Assembly (NCBI GenBank): GCA_963746465.1
Contig: CAVVAY010000005.1
Location: 297,725-361,724, forward strand
DNA: 64,000 bases
Direction of reading: 5' to 3'
Source of the DNA: an uncultured Actinomycetota bacterium
Lineage (GTDB): Bacteria; Actinomycetota; Actinomycetes; JACCUZ01
A program made the translations under genes and the position numbers. Under the pieces are notes generated by a model. The model was given only the letters and a program-made list of their open reading frames with translations, made no database searches and was not told the origin of the DNA. Shown here in pieces: positions 1 to 9,124 of this stretch; position 1 is the first letter of the stretch; every line of letters begins with the position of its first letter.

Positions 1-141
1 GTCAGATGCCCTCATCCCAACACATGAGGTTCCACGCCCAAGGGCTACAGGTCAGCGCCTACCGCACCATCTCAGACACTGAGAAGCTGGCGGCTGGCAG
101 CAAGCTGGCCGGTCCGGCCGGCAAGGCCGAGGGCAACACCC

Positions 142-840
142 TCAGGGTGGCGCAAGGGCAAGAACGATCTCGGCGAGCTTCTCGACCGGCACCTCAGCAT
201 TCGCCGCGGCCGTCCGGAGACGGTCCCGGGCATGCCTCGCATCCCAGCCTCGCTGGGCCATCAGGATCCCGACTGCAGTCTCCAGTTCCGCCTTCGCTCG
301 AACGCGTTCGGGCAGCTCTCGTGCCCAGTCGCGGGTCCGGAACTGCAGGTCGGCGTTGGTGACGAGCTCCTGGACCGGTGTCTCGAAGATCTCGGCGAGC
401 ATGGCCGCACGCTCACGGAACGCGTCCGGCTCGGCGGCGTAGAGGTTCAGCGCCCCGGCCAGCCGGCCCTCGTCGTCGCGCAGCGGCAAGGACAGGGAGG
501 CTCGGATCCCGGCGGCCGCGCTGGCTTGCTGAAAGAGCTGCCACTGCTCCTCGTCCAGCACGTCGTGCACCTCGAGGCGCTCACCGTGCTCGGCGGCATA
601 GACACAAGGGCCGCCATCGAGGTACTGGGCAGCGTCCACCCCACGCGCAGAGGGATCGGTCGCGGTGATGGTGAACGGGTCACCCTCCAGGACGAGAGTG
701 ACGCTGACGCCGTTGCACGAGGGGACCAGCCCGGTCGCGACCGCGGCGATCGCATCCAGCTTGCCCGACAGGTCACCCGGTTCACCGAGGAGCCGCTCGA
801 GACCAGGGATGCCCATCGAGACCTCGGGAAGCGGCTCCAT
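142..840 (-). CDS. GAF domain plus C-terminal ANTAR RNA-binding antiterminator regulator
   Basis: The ORF translation has a GAF-like N-terminal half and a C-terminal ANTAR signature (AKAELETAVGILMAQRGWDARHARDRLRTAAANAEVPVEKLAEIV). Confidence 0.7.
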   Translation of the reverse strand: MEPLPEVSMGIPGLERLLGEPGDLSGKLDAIAAVATGLVPSCNGVSVTLVLEGDPFTITATDPSARGVDAAQYLDGGPCVYAAEHGERLEVHDVLDEEQWQLFQQASAAAGIRASLSLPLRDDEGRLAGALNLYAAEPDAFRERAAMLAEIFETPVQELVTNADLQFRTRDWARELPERVRAKAELETAVGILMAQRGWDARHARDRLRTAAANAEVPVEKLAEIVLALAPP

Positions 841-925
841 CCCGACCCCGTACCCATTCCGCCCCAGAGTTCACATTGCCCGTGCCCAAGTCCGCGGTGG
901 GCGCTACCTTCGCTCCATCAACGTC

Positions 926-1230
926 CGGGTCCGGCGCCTCAGCCACTGGACGCTCGCGCTGCTCCTGGGAGCGGCTCTGGGCGGGGCTGCGACCGGTTGT
1001 ACGGTGACGCCCGCGACGACAAGGTCAACGCCGGGAACGGGAACGACGAGATCATCCCGGGCGCGGGGAAGGACCTGGTCAACGGGCAGGGCGGCGACGA
1101 CGTCATCTCGGCGCGGGACGGCACCCGGGACACGATCGACTGCGGCGCCGGCCGCGACAAGGTGACGGCCGACCGCACCGACACGGTCAGGAACTGCGAG
1201 TTCGTGAGACGCGCCGCCCGCCGCGCCTAG
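926..1230 (+). pseudogene. Fragmentary calcium-binding (GGxGxD-type) repeat protein remnant. The signal/lipobox-like segment and the repeat segment lie in different frames.
   Basis: Frame 1 encodes GNGNDEIIPGAGKDLVNGQGGDDVISARDG repeats up to a stop at 1230. Frame 2 encodes LALLLGAALGGAATGC (signal/lipobox-like) just upstream. No clean start codon. A frame switch is near 1000. Confidence 0.25.
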
Positions 1231-1337
1231 CGACTAGCGACTAGGCCATGCTGGGCGCCGGGTCCCGCACCCGTTCTCACGGGCGTGGGACCAAGGCCTC
1301 GGTCGGTGCTCGCTACACCGGCCGAGGCCGCCTCGGC

Positions 1338-2135
1338 TCACGCCGCCTGGCAGCCCGGGCACCAGAACAGGTTTCGCCCCGCCATCACCTCGGCGGCCAC
1401 GGCCGTACCGCAGATCCGACACGGCAGCCCGGTGCGCCGGTACACGTAGTGCGCGTCCTCGGCGCGCACCCGTCCGGTGGGCCGGTCGCGATCAGCCGGT
1501 CGGGTCGTGACGATCCGACCGGTCCGGAGCCCCGCCCGCATCAGCGTTCTGAGGTCCGCCCACATCGCGTCCCACTCCTCGCGGGTGACCAGCCGGCCCG
1601 GGCGGTGCGGGTCGATGCCCGCCCGGAACAGCACCTCGGCCCGGTACACGTTGCCCACCCCGGCGGCGATCGTCTGGTCCATCAGGAGCAGCCCGATCGA
1701 CGACCGGCTGCGTTCGATCCGCGCCCAGGCCAGCGACGGGGCGGCGCCACGGCGCAACGGGTCCGCGCCGAGCCGGTCGAGGACGGCCAGCCGTTCCTCG
1801 GGGGTCTGCACCTCGCACACCGTCGCGCCACGCAGATCGGCGTACGACGCCGTGTTCTCCAGCCGGACGCGCACTGCACCCCGCGGTGGGGGCGCAGGCG
1901 CCGCCCCGAACGTCCAGCCGCCGTACAGGCCGAGGTGGACGTGCAGCCAGAGCTCGCCGGCGAACCCGAGGAACAGGTGCTTGCCGTACGCATCGGAGCG
2001 CTCGAGCACGCGTCCGTCCAGCAGTGCCGCGCCGTCGGCGAACCGGCCCTGCGGGCTGGTCAGGTGGACCGGCGCGCCGACGAACCGCGTGTGGTGCTCG
2101 CGGGCCTGTCGGCGGATGGTGTGACCCTCGGGCAC
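1338..2135 (-). CDS. nei: Fpg/Nei family DNA glycosylase (endonuclease VIII-like)
   Basis: N-terminal MPEGHT, which is the catalytic Pro2 after Met. Helix-two-turn-helix region. C-terminal zinc finger CRICG...CPGCQ. Confidence 0.8.
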   Translation of the reverse strand: MPEGHTIRRQAREHHTRFVGAPVHLTSPQGRFADGAALLDGRVLERSDAYGKHLFLGFAGELWLHVHLGLYGGWTFGAAPAPPPRGAVRVRLENTASYADLRGATVCEVQTPEERLAVLDRLGADPLRRGAAPSLAWARIERSRSSIGLLLMDQTIAAGVGNVYRAEVLFRAGIDPHRPGRLVTREEWDAMWADLRTLMRAGLRTGRIVTTRPADRDRPTGRVRAEDAHYVYRRTGLPCRICGTAVAAEVMAGRNLFWCPGCQAA

Positions 2136-2167
2136 GGCCCCACCCTGTCAGAGGGGGCCGGCCGCGG

Positions 2168-2356
2168 TCACTGCTGCGGCTGCTCCCACCAGCGGTCGTC
2201 GGGCTCGCCCTCGGCCTCGAGGATCTCGGCGGATGCCGGGCCCTCGGGCTCGGTCAGGTCGCAGAGCAGCGCTAGCGGCACGTGATCCTGAAGCAGCGAC
2301 ATCACGCGCTCGTCGTCGACAAGCTGTGCGGTCGGACTGGTCACGGTCTTCATCAT
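2168..2356 (-). CDS. Small hypothetical acidic protein
   Basis: ORF from an internal MMKTVTSPTAQLVDDERVMSLL... start. No recognisable domain. Confidence 0.3.
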   Translation of the reverse strand: MMKTVTSPTAQLVDDERVMSLLQDHVPLALLCDLTEPEGPASAEILEAEGEPDDRWWEQPQQ

Positions 2357-2508
2357 CGACACACTCCCTGTTTCGGTCGATGCACCCCGAGTGCCGTAGA
2401 CCCGATCAGGTGAACAGCCCACCGACCTGGTCATTTCGGACTACGCCCTACGTATCGTCCGGACCAGGTCGATGCCTTGAGACCCCCTCGGTAAAAGAGT
2501 GGTAAAGA

Positions 2509-2541
2509 CGAGCGCCCCGACCCAGAAGGGGTCGGGGCGCT
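2509..2541 (-). terminator. Intrinsic terminator of cspA
   Basis: A 14-bp perfect inverted repeat GAGCGCCCCGACCC / GGGTCGGGGCGCTC with loop AGAA, immediately 3' of the cspA stop on the minus strand, followed by a T-containing tract (tcttttacc). Confidence 0.5.
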
Positions 2542-2557
2542 CGCGCGGTGCAGGTGA

Positions 2558-2761
2558 TCAGATCGGGCGCACCGCGTCGGCCTGCGGGCCGCGCTGGCCC
2601 TGGGTGACCTCGAACTCCACCCGCTGGTTCTCGTCCAGCGAGCGGTAGCCGTCGGCCTGGATGGCCGAGAAGTGCACGAAGACGTCGGGGCCGCCGCCGT
2701 CCTGAGCGATGAAGCCGAAGCCCTTCTCGGCGTTGAACCACTTGACGGTTCCCTGAGCCAC
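2558..2761 (-). CDS. cspA: Cold-shock protein CspA family
   Basis: [18 protein letters not shown]...VFVHFSAI canonical CSD. GTG start with AAGGAG RBS 6 nt upstream. About 200-nt upstream leader typical of csp genes. Confidence 0.9.
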   Translation of the reverse strand: MAQGTVKWFNAEKGFGFIAQDGGGPDVFVHFSAIQADGYRSLDENQRVEFEVTQGQRGPQADAVRPI

Positions 2762-2978
2762 TGTCTCTCCTTTGCGAGGAAACGAGTTCGGGAGCCGCAC
2801 CGTGCGACGCCCGGGTCGTCGATCGCGCGTTCCCTCGCCGGTCCTGACACGTCAGGGCCCGGAAAGCAGCGAACGCCCGAACTGATGGTCAGCGCGGGCG
2901 TTCGAGTCGTTCGAGGCACTGCAACTTCCAACCAGGAACAACGCTAGGACATATCTCCCCCGGATGTCCATGTCCCTC

Positions 2979-3902
2979 TCACCAGCTGTGGACTCCCCAT
3001 TCCAGCGTGTGCTCCTCGCCCGGGGCGAGCACCACGAGATCTACTCCGGAGGCCAGTGCGCCGGGGGCGCAGGACATCGGCTCGACGGCAGCGCTGCGTC
3101 GTCGCCGGTCCGCCGCGAGGGTGTCACCGGTGAACACCTGCAGCCACCGGGTGGCCGGCCCGGCCCAGAGCTCGACACCGCCTGCGTCCGGTGCATCCAG
3201 CCGCACCCGCACCCGCCCGTCGTCGTCCGCGACCAGGTCGGTGTACGCCGTGTCGAGGACCAGGTCGCCGATCCGGCGGGCCACCCGGAAGTCGTAGTCC
3301 GATCCCTCGACGTCCGCGCGGCCGGTCGGGTTGCCGCGCTCGTCGGTGAGCAGCCGGGTCCGCGCCGGCACCGTGAGCACCGTGTCGTCGACCAGGTCGG
3401 TGCCGGCCGTGAGGTACGGGTGCTGACCCACGCCGTACGGCGCCGGCCGGCCGCCCTCGTTGCGTGCCCGCAGCCGCGTGGTCAGCCCGTCGTCGGCCAG
3501 CCGGTAGGTCGCGGTCAGCGAGAGCTGGAACGGGAAGCCCGGGTTCGGCCAGACGGTGGTGGCCATCGTGAGCGCATCGTCGGAGCGGTCCGCGAGGCTC
3601 CAGCCGGTCCATCGGACCAGGCCATGGATGGCGTTCCGCTTGGCCGCCTCCGACAGCGGCAGCTGGAGCTCCTGCCCCTCCCAGGTCCACCGGCCGTCGG
3701 CGACCCGGTTCGGCCACGGCGCCAGCACCTGCCCGCGACCGCCGTCGGCCATCGCTGTCTCGTCGAAGCCGTCCAGGACCGGGCGGCCGCCGACGTCGTA
3801 CCGCCGCAAGCCGCCACCGACCTCGGTGACGACGGCGACCTGGTCGGCGTGCCGGATCTCGTGCTGGGCACCGCTGGGCGGTGGCGACTGCTGCTCGGGC
3901 AT
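2979..3902 (-). CDS. Aldose 1-epimerase (galactose mutarotase-like) family protein
   Basis: 307-aa ORF starting at MPEQQ (ATG at 3902). It is the only coherent frame inside a 706-aa GC-artifact ORF. Mutarotase-like beta-sandwich motifs (HGL.RW, HPYL). Confidence 0.65.
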   Translation of the reverse strand: MPEQQSPPPSGAQHEIRHADQVAVVTEVGGGLRRYDVGGRPVLDGFDETAMADGGRGQVLAPWPNRVADGRWTWEGQELQLPLSEAAKRNAIHGLVRWTGWSLADRSDDALTMATTVWPNPGFPFQLSLTATYRLADDGLTTRLRARNEGGRPAPYGVGQHPYLTAGTDLVDDTVLTVPARTRLLTDERGNPTGRADVEGSDYDFRVARRIGDLVLDTAYTDLVADDDGRVRVRLDAPDAGGVELWAGPATRWLQVFTGDTLAADRRRRSAAVEPMSCAPGALASGVDLVVLAPGEEHTLEWGVHSW

Positions 3903-3916
3903 GGGCGCGACGGTAC

Positions 3917-5146
3917 TCAGGTCGCCGAGGGCGCCGGCGCCTGCTCCGGGTCTCGGAAGTGCGTCACGCCGGGCACCAGGAACACGGCGTACGTCGTCAC
4001 GAGCAGCACAGCGGCTGCGAACCAGCCGACCGTCGCGATGCCGACCGAGGTGGCGACGGCGGGCGCCAGGGCCAGCCCGACCGGGTCCAACGCGAAGGTG
4101 GCCAGCGACTCGACGGAGAAGACCCGGCCCTGGATCGACGGGGGGTAGGCCAGCTGCAGCGAGCTGAACCAGAGGACGGCGAAGATCGAGATGCCGCCCC
4201 AGGCCACCACCAACACGACGGCGAAGACGTAGAGCGGTACGTCGACCGCGAGGCAGGCCATCACCGCAGCCATGGGTGCCACCGCGTGCATCGCGGCCAG
4301 CCCCTCGCGCCGCGGTTTGAGCCGCATGGCCACCAGGGAGCCGAGGATCATCCCGGCGGGGGTGCAGGCCATCAGCACGCCGTAAGCGCCGTCGCCGTAC
4401 CTCTCCTCGGCCACCAACGGCATCAGGACCTTCATCGGCGCGAAGGCGAAGAGCACCTGCACGGTGCCCTGGATCATCACCACGGTGACCCAGGGCCGGC
4501 GGAGCACGACCTGGATGCCCTCGCGGGCCTCGTGCAGCGCGGCCTTGAGGCCCTCCGGCGCCTGCTCGGCGACCGCCGGCAGCCGCAGCACGAGGAGGGT
4601 CGCGAGGCTCAGGCCGTAGGTCGCGGCGTCCAGCAGCAGCGCCGGGCGGGACCCGACCGTCGCCACCAGGACGCCGCCGACCGCCGAGCCGAGCAGCAGG
4701 CCGCCGCGGTTGGTGAGCTGGACGACCGCGTTCACCTCGCGAAGCCGCTCGGCCGGTACCACCTGCGGCAGCACTGCGCGCCAGGCGGGCTGGAACAGCG
4801 CGACACCGACGCCCTCGAGCACCGCGAAGCAGACGAGCAGCCCGACGGGGGACGAGGACGGCGCCAGCGCGTAGCCGAGGACGGCGACGGCCCGCGCCAC
4901 GTCCGAGCAGGCCATCACCGCGGTGCGCGAGTACCGGTCCGCGACCACACCCCCGGCGAGCAGGGTGAGCCCCATCGCCGCCGAGTCGGCCGCGAGGACG
5001 ACACCGAGGGTGCCCGCCCCGTGGGTCTTCACGAGCAGCGTGGCCAGGGCGACGATGGTCAGCCCGTGGCCGACGGTGTTCACGGCCTGGCCGAACCACA
5101 GGAGGGCGAACCGCCGGTCCCGCATCAGCTCGCGCACGCCGGACAT
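3917..5146 (-). CDS. MFS transporter
   Basis: 409 aa with about 12 hydrophobic helices and an FALLWFGQ-type N-terminus. The stop lies 14 nt before the epimerase start. Confidence 0.75.
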   Translation of the reverse strand: MSGVRELMRDRRFALLWFGQAVNTVGHGLTIVALATLLVKTHGAGTLGVVLAADSAAMGLTLLAGGVVADRYSRTAVMACSDVARAVAVLGYALAPSSSPVGLLVCFAVLEGVGVALFQPAWRAVLPQVVPAERLREVNAVVQLTNRGGLLLGSAVGGVLVATVGSRPALLLDAATYGLSLATLLVLRLPAVAEQAPEGLKAALHEAREGIQVVLRRPWVTVVMIQGTVQVLFAFAPMKVLMPLVAEERYGDGAYGVLMACTPAGMILGSLVAMRLKPRREGLAAMHAVAPMAAVMACLAVDVPLYVFAVVLVVAWGGISIFAVLWFSSLQLAYPPSIQGRVFSVESLATFALDPVGLALAPAVATSVGIATVGWFAAAVLLVTTYAVFLVPGVTHFRDPEQAPAPSAT

Positions 5147-5243
5147 GATGACGGAGCAGGTTGTCGGCTGCTGAGAATTACCCTGACCTCAGGGCCGGGC
5201 CGCCAACGGTCCGTATCGTCGGCCACGAGAGGAGCAGTGGAGC

Positions 5244-5642
5244 GTGTTCACCGTCACTGTCCGCGACCACATCATGATCGCGCACAGCTTCACCGGGGAG
5301 GTGTTCGGTTCCGCCCAGCGGCTTCATGGTGCGACGTTCGTCGTCGACGCCACGTTCCGCGGTGAGGAGCTCGACGCCGACGGCATCGTCGTGGACATCG
5401 GCCGGGCCAGTGAGCAGCTGCACGCAGTGCTGGCTGAGCTGACCTACCGCAACCTCGACGACGACCCGTCATTCGACGGCCGCAACACGACCACCGAGGT
5501 GGTGGCCCAGGAGATCGCCAACCGGCTGGTGACCCGGATCCACGACGGGGCGCTCGGCAAGGGCGCGCGCCAGCTGACCGGGCTCGCGGTGACCCTGCAC
5601 GAGTCGCACATCGCGTCGGCGAGCTACGAACGGTTGCTGTGA
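5244..5642 (+). CDS. 6-pyruvoyl-tetrahydropterin synthase / QueD-like (COG0720) paralog with degenerate metal/catalytic motif
   Basis: [16 protein letters not shown]...RLHGATF. The PTPS fold signature is present, but the canonical Cys-x-HGH is replaced by HGA and no Cys precedes it. GTG start with GAGGAG RBS. The stop overlaps the next gene's start (GTGA). Confidence 0.65.
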   Translation: MFTVTVRDHIMIAHSFTGEVFGSAQRLHGATFVVDATFRGEELDADGIVVDIGRASEQLHAVLAELTYRNLDDDPSFDGRNTTTEVVAQEIANRLVTRIHDGALGKGARQLTGLAVTLHESHIASASYERLL

Positions 5643-6694
5643 GCCCAGGCCCCGGGACGGTGTACGTCGTCGTACCGGACGGGATCGATGACCTGCGCCG
5701 ACCGAGCGGCGGCAACACCTACGACCGGCGGGTGTGCGACGGCCTGCGGGCCCGTGGGTGGACGGTGCACGAGAGTCCGGCCGGCCGCTGGCCGAACGAG
5801 GACCCGGCGACCCACGACCGGCTGGCCCGGGTGTTGTCGGCAGTGCCCGACGGGGCGACCGTCCTGGTCGACGGGCTGGTGGGGTCGGCGGCCCCCCGTG
5901 AGCTCGCCGCCGCTGCGCGTCGGCTGCGGATCGTCCTGCTCGTTCATCTGCCGCTGGGCGTGCGCGGCGACGAGGCGACACGTGCCGGCGAGCGGGCTGC
6001 GCTGCGTTGCGCAGCCGAGGTGGTGACGCCGAGCCGGTGGACGCGGTCCTGGCTGCTCAGCAGCTACGGTCTGCCGCGCGAGGCGGTGCACGTCGCCGTT
6101 CCGGGGGCGACGGCCGCACCGCTCGCCGTGGGCACGGCCGGCGGTGGCCGGCTGCTGTGCGTCGCGGCTGTGACGCCACTGAAGGGCCACGACCTGCTGG
6201 TGGCCGCCTTGGCATCGGTCGCCGACCTGCAGTGGCGCTGCACCTGTGTGGGATCGCTGGAGGTCGACCCGGAGTTCGCGCGAGCGCTGCAAGGACAGGC
6301 GGCCGCTGCTGGGATCGGTGACCGGCTGACGTTTCCGGGGCCGTCGGCGGACGACGATCTCCGGCGGACGTACGCCGATGCGGACCTGCTGGTGCTCGGC
6401 TCGCGCACCGAGAGCTGGGGCATCGTCGCATCCGAGGCCCTTGCTCGAGGCGTTCCGGTGCTCGGACCCGACGTCGGCGGCCTGCCGGAGGCACTGGGGG
6501 CCGGCACGACCCGGCCGGTGCCTGGGCTGCTGGTTCTCCCAGAGGATGCCGCGGCCCTCGGGATGGGGCTGCGGCGCTGGCTGACCGAGGAGCCAGTGCG
6601 CCAGGCGTGGCGGACGGCGGCGCGGGAGCGTCGGGACTCGTTGCCGACCTGGGACGACACCGTCGACCAGGTGGCCGCGGTCCTGCACCGGTGA
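5639..6694 (+). CDS. Glycosyltransferase family 1 (GT4-like)
   Basis: C-terminal GT1 signature ([19 protein letters not shown]...GGLPE). Translationally coupled to the upstream PTPS-like gene. Confidence 0.75.
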   Translation: MSPGPGTVYVVVPDGIDDLRRPSGGNTYDRRVCDGLRARGWTVHESPAGRWPNEDPATHDRLARVLSAVPDGATVLVDGLVGSAAPRELAAAARRLRIVLLVHLPLGVRGDEATRAGERAALRCAAEVVTPSRWTRSWLLSSYGLPREAVHVAVPGATAAPLAVGTAGGGRLLCVAAVTPLKGHDLLVAALASVADLQWRCTCVGSLEVDPEFARALQGQAAAAGIGDRLTFPGPSADDDLRRTYADADLLVLGSRTESWGIVASEALARGVPVLGPDVGGLPEALGAGTTRPVPGLLVLPEDAAALGMGLRRWLTEEPVRQAWRTAARERRDSLPTWDDTVDQVAAVLHR

Positions 6695-6706
6695 ACTGTC
6701 GGGGAG

Positions 6707-8060
6707 TCAGGAACAGCTCTCGACGTCCCAGGCGAGCAGGATGTCCTCGTCCGCGAGCGCGACGTGCCGGTTTACCAGCTTCAAGCCGTCGGCGACGTGG
6801 TCGAGGCCCAGGTCCCCGACACCCTCGATGCCTGCACCGACGACGGTCGGCGAGATCGACACGACCAACCGGTCGAGCAGCCGCTCCCGCATCAGCGAGG
6901 TGATGACGCGGCTTCCCCCCTCGACCATGACCGAGGCCACACCATCGGCCCGCAGGTCGGCGAGCACCTGGCTCAGATCCAGACCATGGCTTCCGTCATC
7001 GATCTCCCGGACCGCGACCCCAGCTGATTCGAGGGCGGCCTTCCGGTCGCGATCTGCTGGTCGGCGGCAGTAGACGACGGTGGCCGCGTCACCGTCGAAG
7101 ACCTTGGCGGCTGGGGGAGTACGCAACGTCGAGTCCAGCAGCACCCGGATGGGGGACGCGCCAGGTACCAGCCGCACGGTCAGCTGAGGGTCGTCGCACG
7201 CAGCGGTCTCCGATCCGACGAGGACCGCGTCGCAGGCAGCACGGAGGGTGTGGGAGACCCGGCGTTCCGTCTCCCCACTGATCCACTTCGAGTCGCCGGT
7301 TCTCGTGGCGATCCGCCCGTCGAGGGTCTGCGCGTACTTCACCATGACGTACGGGCGGTCCGGTCGCGGCCGCACGTTCCCGATCAGGCTGGCCACGTCG
7401 ACGGGCTCCGAGGGTGGCTCCGGCAAGGCGCTGCCTGCGGGGCGCAGGTGACCCATGCGCGCCGCCTTGGCCGACAGGTACGCGCGGTTGCGTGCTTGCG
7501 CCGCGGTCGGCAGCGGGACGATCTCGGTGACCTCCAGACCGGCTTTGCGCAGCGCGAGTGCTTTCGCCGGGTTGTTGGAGAGCAGCCGCAAAGAGCGGAC
7601 CCCCAGACAGGCAAGCACCTCACCGGCATACGAATAGTCGCGGGCGTCCACCGGAAGCCCGAGGCGGGTGTTGGCGTCGACCGTGTCGGCTCCGAGGTCC
7701 TGCTCGATGTAGGCCTGCAGCTTGTTGACCAGGCCGATGCCGCGGCCTTCGTGGCCGGTGAGGTAGAGGACGACGCCTCGACCTGCCGCAGTCACCTGTC
7801 GGAGGCTGGTGCGGAGCTGCACGCCGCAGTCGCACCGCAGGGACCCGAGTGCATCCCCCGTCAGACACTCCGAGTGCAGCCTGGTGAGCACCGGTTCGTC
7901 AGTGGTGAGGTCCCCTCGGGAGAGCGCGAGATAGACATGCCCTGTCGGAACCTCGAACGCCCGCGCCTGGAACTCGCCGTAGGGAGTCGGGAGCACGACG
8001 GCGCCCACGTCACGGACCGCAGGCGTCGGTTCATGCTGGTGCTGCAGGGGAAGGGTCATG
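6707..8060 (-). CDS. Fusion of GTP cyclohydrolase II (RibA-like) and a RibD C-terminal pyrimidine reductase domain
   Basis: N-terminal half: RLHSECLTGDALGSLRCDCG and VLYLTGHEGRGIGLVNKLQAY (zinc cysteines and the catalytic Tyr are retained). C-terminal half: YVMVKYAQTLDGRIATRTGDSKWISGE...VLVGSETA..DDPQLTVRL...VMVEGG, a RibD_C reductase. Best start is ATG at 8060 with a GGAGG RBS (the ORF track extends to 8221). Confidence 0.8.
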
Positions 8061-8099
8061 CTGCCGATTACCTCCTGACCAGAAGGTGAAACCTGCGAC

Positions 8100-9107
8100 A
8101 TGAGGGTGCTTACCCAAGCCAGGGTTGTGCAATTCACCGGCCCTCGTGCAGTAGAGATCACGACGGTCGACGTGTGCCAGCCGGCCGGTACGGTCCTTCT
8201 GCGAACTCTGTTCTCGGGCATCAGCTCCGGGACGGAGCTGCTGGCCTATCGTGGCGAGCTGCCACCGGACACCGCTCTGGACGACACGCTCTCCGGGCTC
8301 AGCGGTGGCACCTTCCGGTATCCGTTCTCCTACGGCTACAGCTGTGTTGCCGAGGTCGAGGTGGGCACGGAGGCGTTTCCTGCCGGGTCGACGGTGTTCG
8401 CCTTCGCTCCCCACCAGGACAGGTTCGCCATGGCCGAGGCGGACCTGATCCGCCTGGACGACGACGTCGACCACCGGCAGGCGACCTTGTTCCCCTTGGT
8501 GGAGACAGCGCTGCAGCTGACCCTCGACGCGGGCGAGGTCTTCGAACGACCGGTCGTCGTGGTGGGTCAGGGGGCAGTGGGCCTGCTCGTTGCACTGATG
8601 CTGCAGCGAGCCGGTGCCAAGGTCCTCGCGGTCGAGCCGCAGCCATGGCGCCGCGACGTCGCCGCATCCGTGGGAGTCGACGCGGTGACCCTGGACCAGG
8701 CGTCCGGCGTCGTGATGGGCCTCACGCACGGGAGCGGCGTGCCGCTCGTAGTCGAGGCCTCCGGCAGCCCGGCTGCGCTGGTGAGCAGTCTCTCGCTGCT
8801 GGCCCACGAAGGGGTAGCACTCGTGGGGTCCTGGTACGGCACGAAGCCGGTCACGCTGCCGCTCGGCGGTGCCTTCCACCGGCGACGGCTCACCATCAAG
8901 AGCAGCCAGGTGTCGACGATCCCTGCTGACCAGCAGTCGCGCTGGGACGTCCCGCAGCGGCGGGCGTCAGCTCGTTCGCTGCTGTCTCAGCTGCCGCTCG
9001 CTGCCATCGCCACGACCGAGTTCGCCTTTTCGGCTGCCGCCGACGCCTACTCTGCTCTCGACCAAGGCGTCGAGGGTGTGCTGCACGTGGCCCTGCGCTA
9101 TGAGTGA
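8100..9107 (+). CDS. Zinc-type medium-chain alcohol dehydrogenase/reductase
   Basis: MDR fold features: a Rossmann GQGAVGLLVALML motif and an N-terminal catalytic domain. Confidence 0.7.
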   Translation: MRVLTQARVVQFTGPRAVEITTVDVCQPAGTVLLRTLFSGISSGTELLAYRGELPPDTALDDTLSGLSGGTFRYPFSYGYSCVAEVEVGTEAFPAGSTVFAFAPHQDRFAMAEADLIRLDDDVDHRQATLFPLVETALQLTLDAGEVFERPVVVVGQGAVGLLVALMLQRAGAKVLAVEPQPWRRDVAASVGVDAVTLDQASGVVMGLTHGSGVPLVVEASGSPAALVSSLSLLAHEGVALVGSWYGTKPVTLPLGGAFHRRRLTIKSSQVSTIPADQQSRWDVPQRRASARSLLSQLPLAAIATTEFAFSAAADAYSALDQGVEGVLHVALRYE

Positions 9108-9124
9108 CCCGCCGCCCTGCTGAG

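Noticed and set aside
6-362. 118-aa ORF at the extreme left end
   Set aside because: It overlaps the convincing ANTAR/GAF gene on the opposite strand. Its C-terminal two-thirds is low-complexity. Only the first roughly 45 codons (1-140) lie in non-overlapped DNA, and they have no RBS or recognisable motif.
2979-5099. Very long ORFs on the opposite strand or in alternative frames of real genes. Examples: the 706-aa ORF here, 16944..19394 (816 aa), 19909..22293 (794 aa), 21471..23174, 27208..29862 (884 aa), 32498..34618 (706 aa), and 32905..36477 (1190 aa).
   Set aside because: Their translations are Arg/Pro/Gly/Ala-rich low-complexity strings, typical of stop-codon-poor frames in 70% GC DNA. 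Each overlaps a gene with clear family motifs on the other strand or frame. They are treated as artifacts.
6707-8060. Possibility that the GCH II here is the FAPy-producing variant type known from a Streptomyces paralog
   Set aside because: That variant is characterised by loss of the catalytic tyrosine. This protein retains Tyr in VLYLTGHEGRGIG, so it is presumed to be an ordinary ring-opening GCH II.
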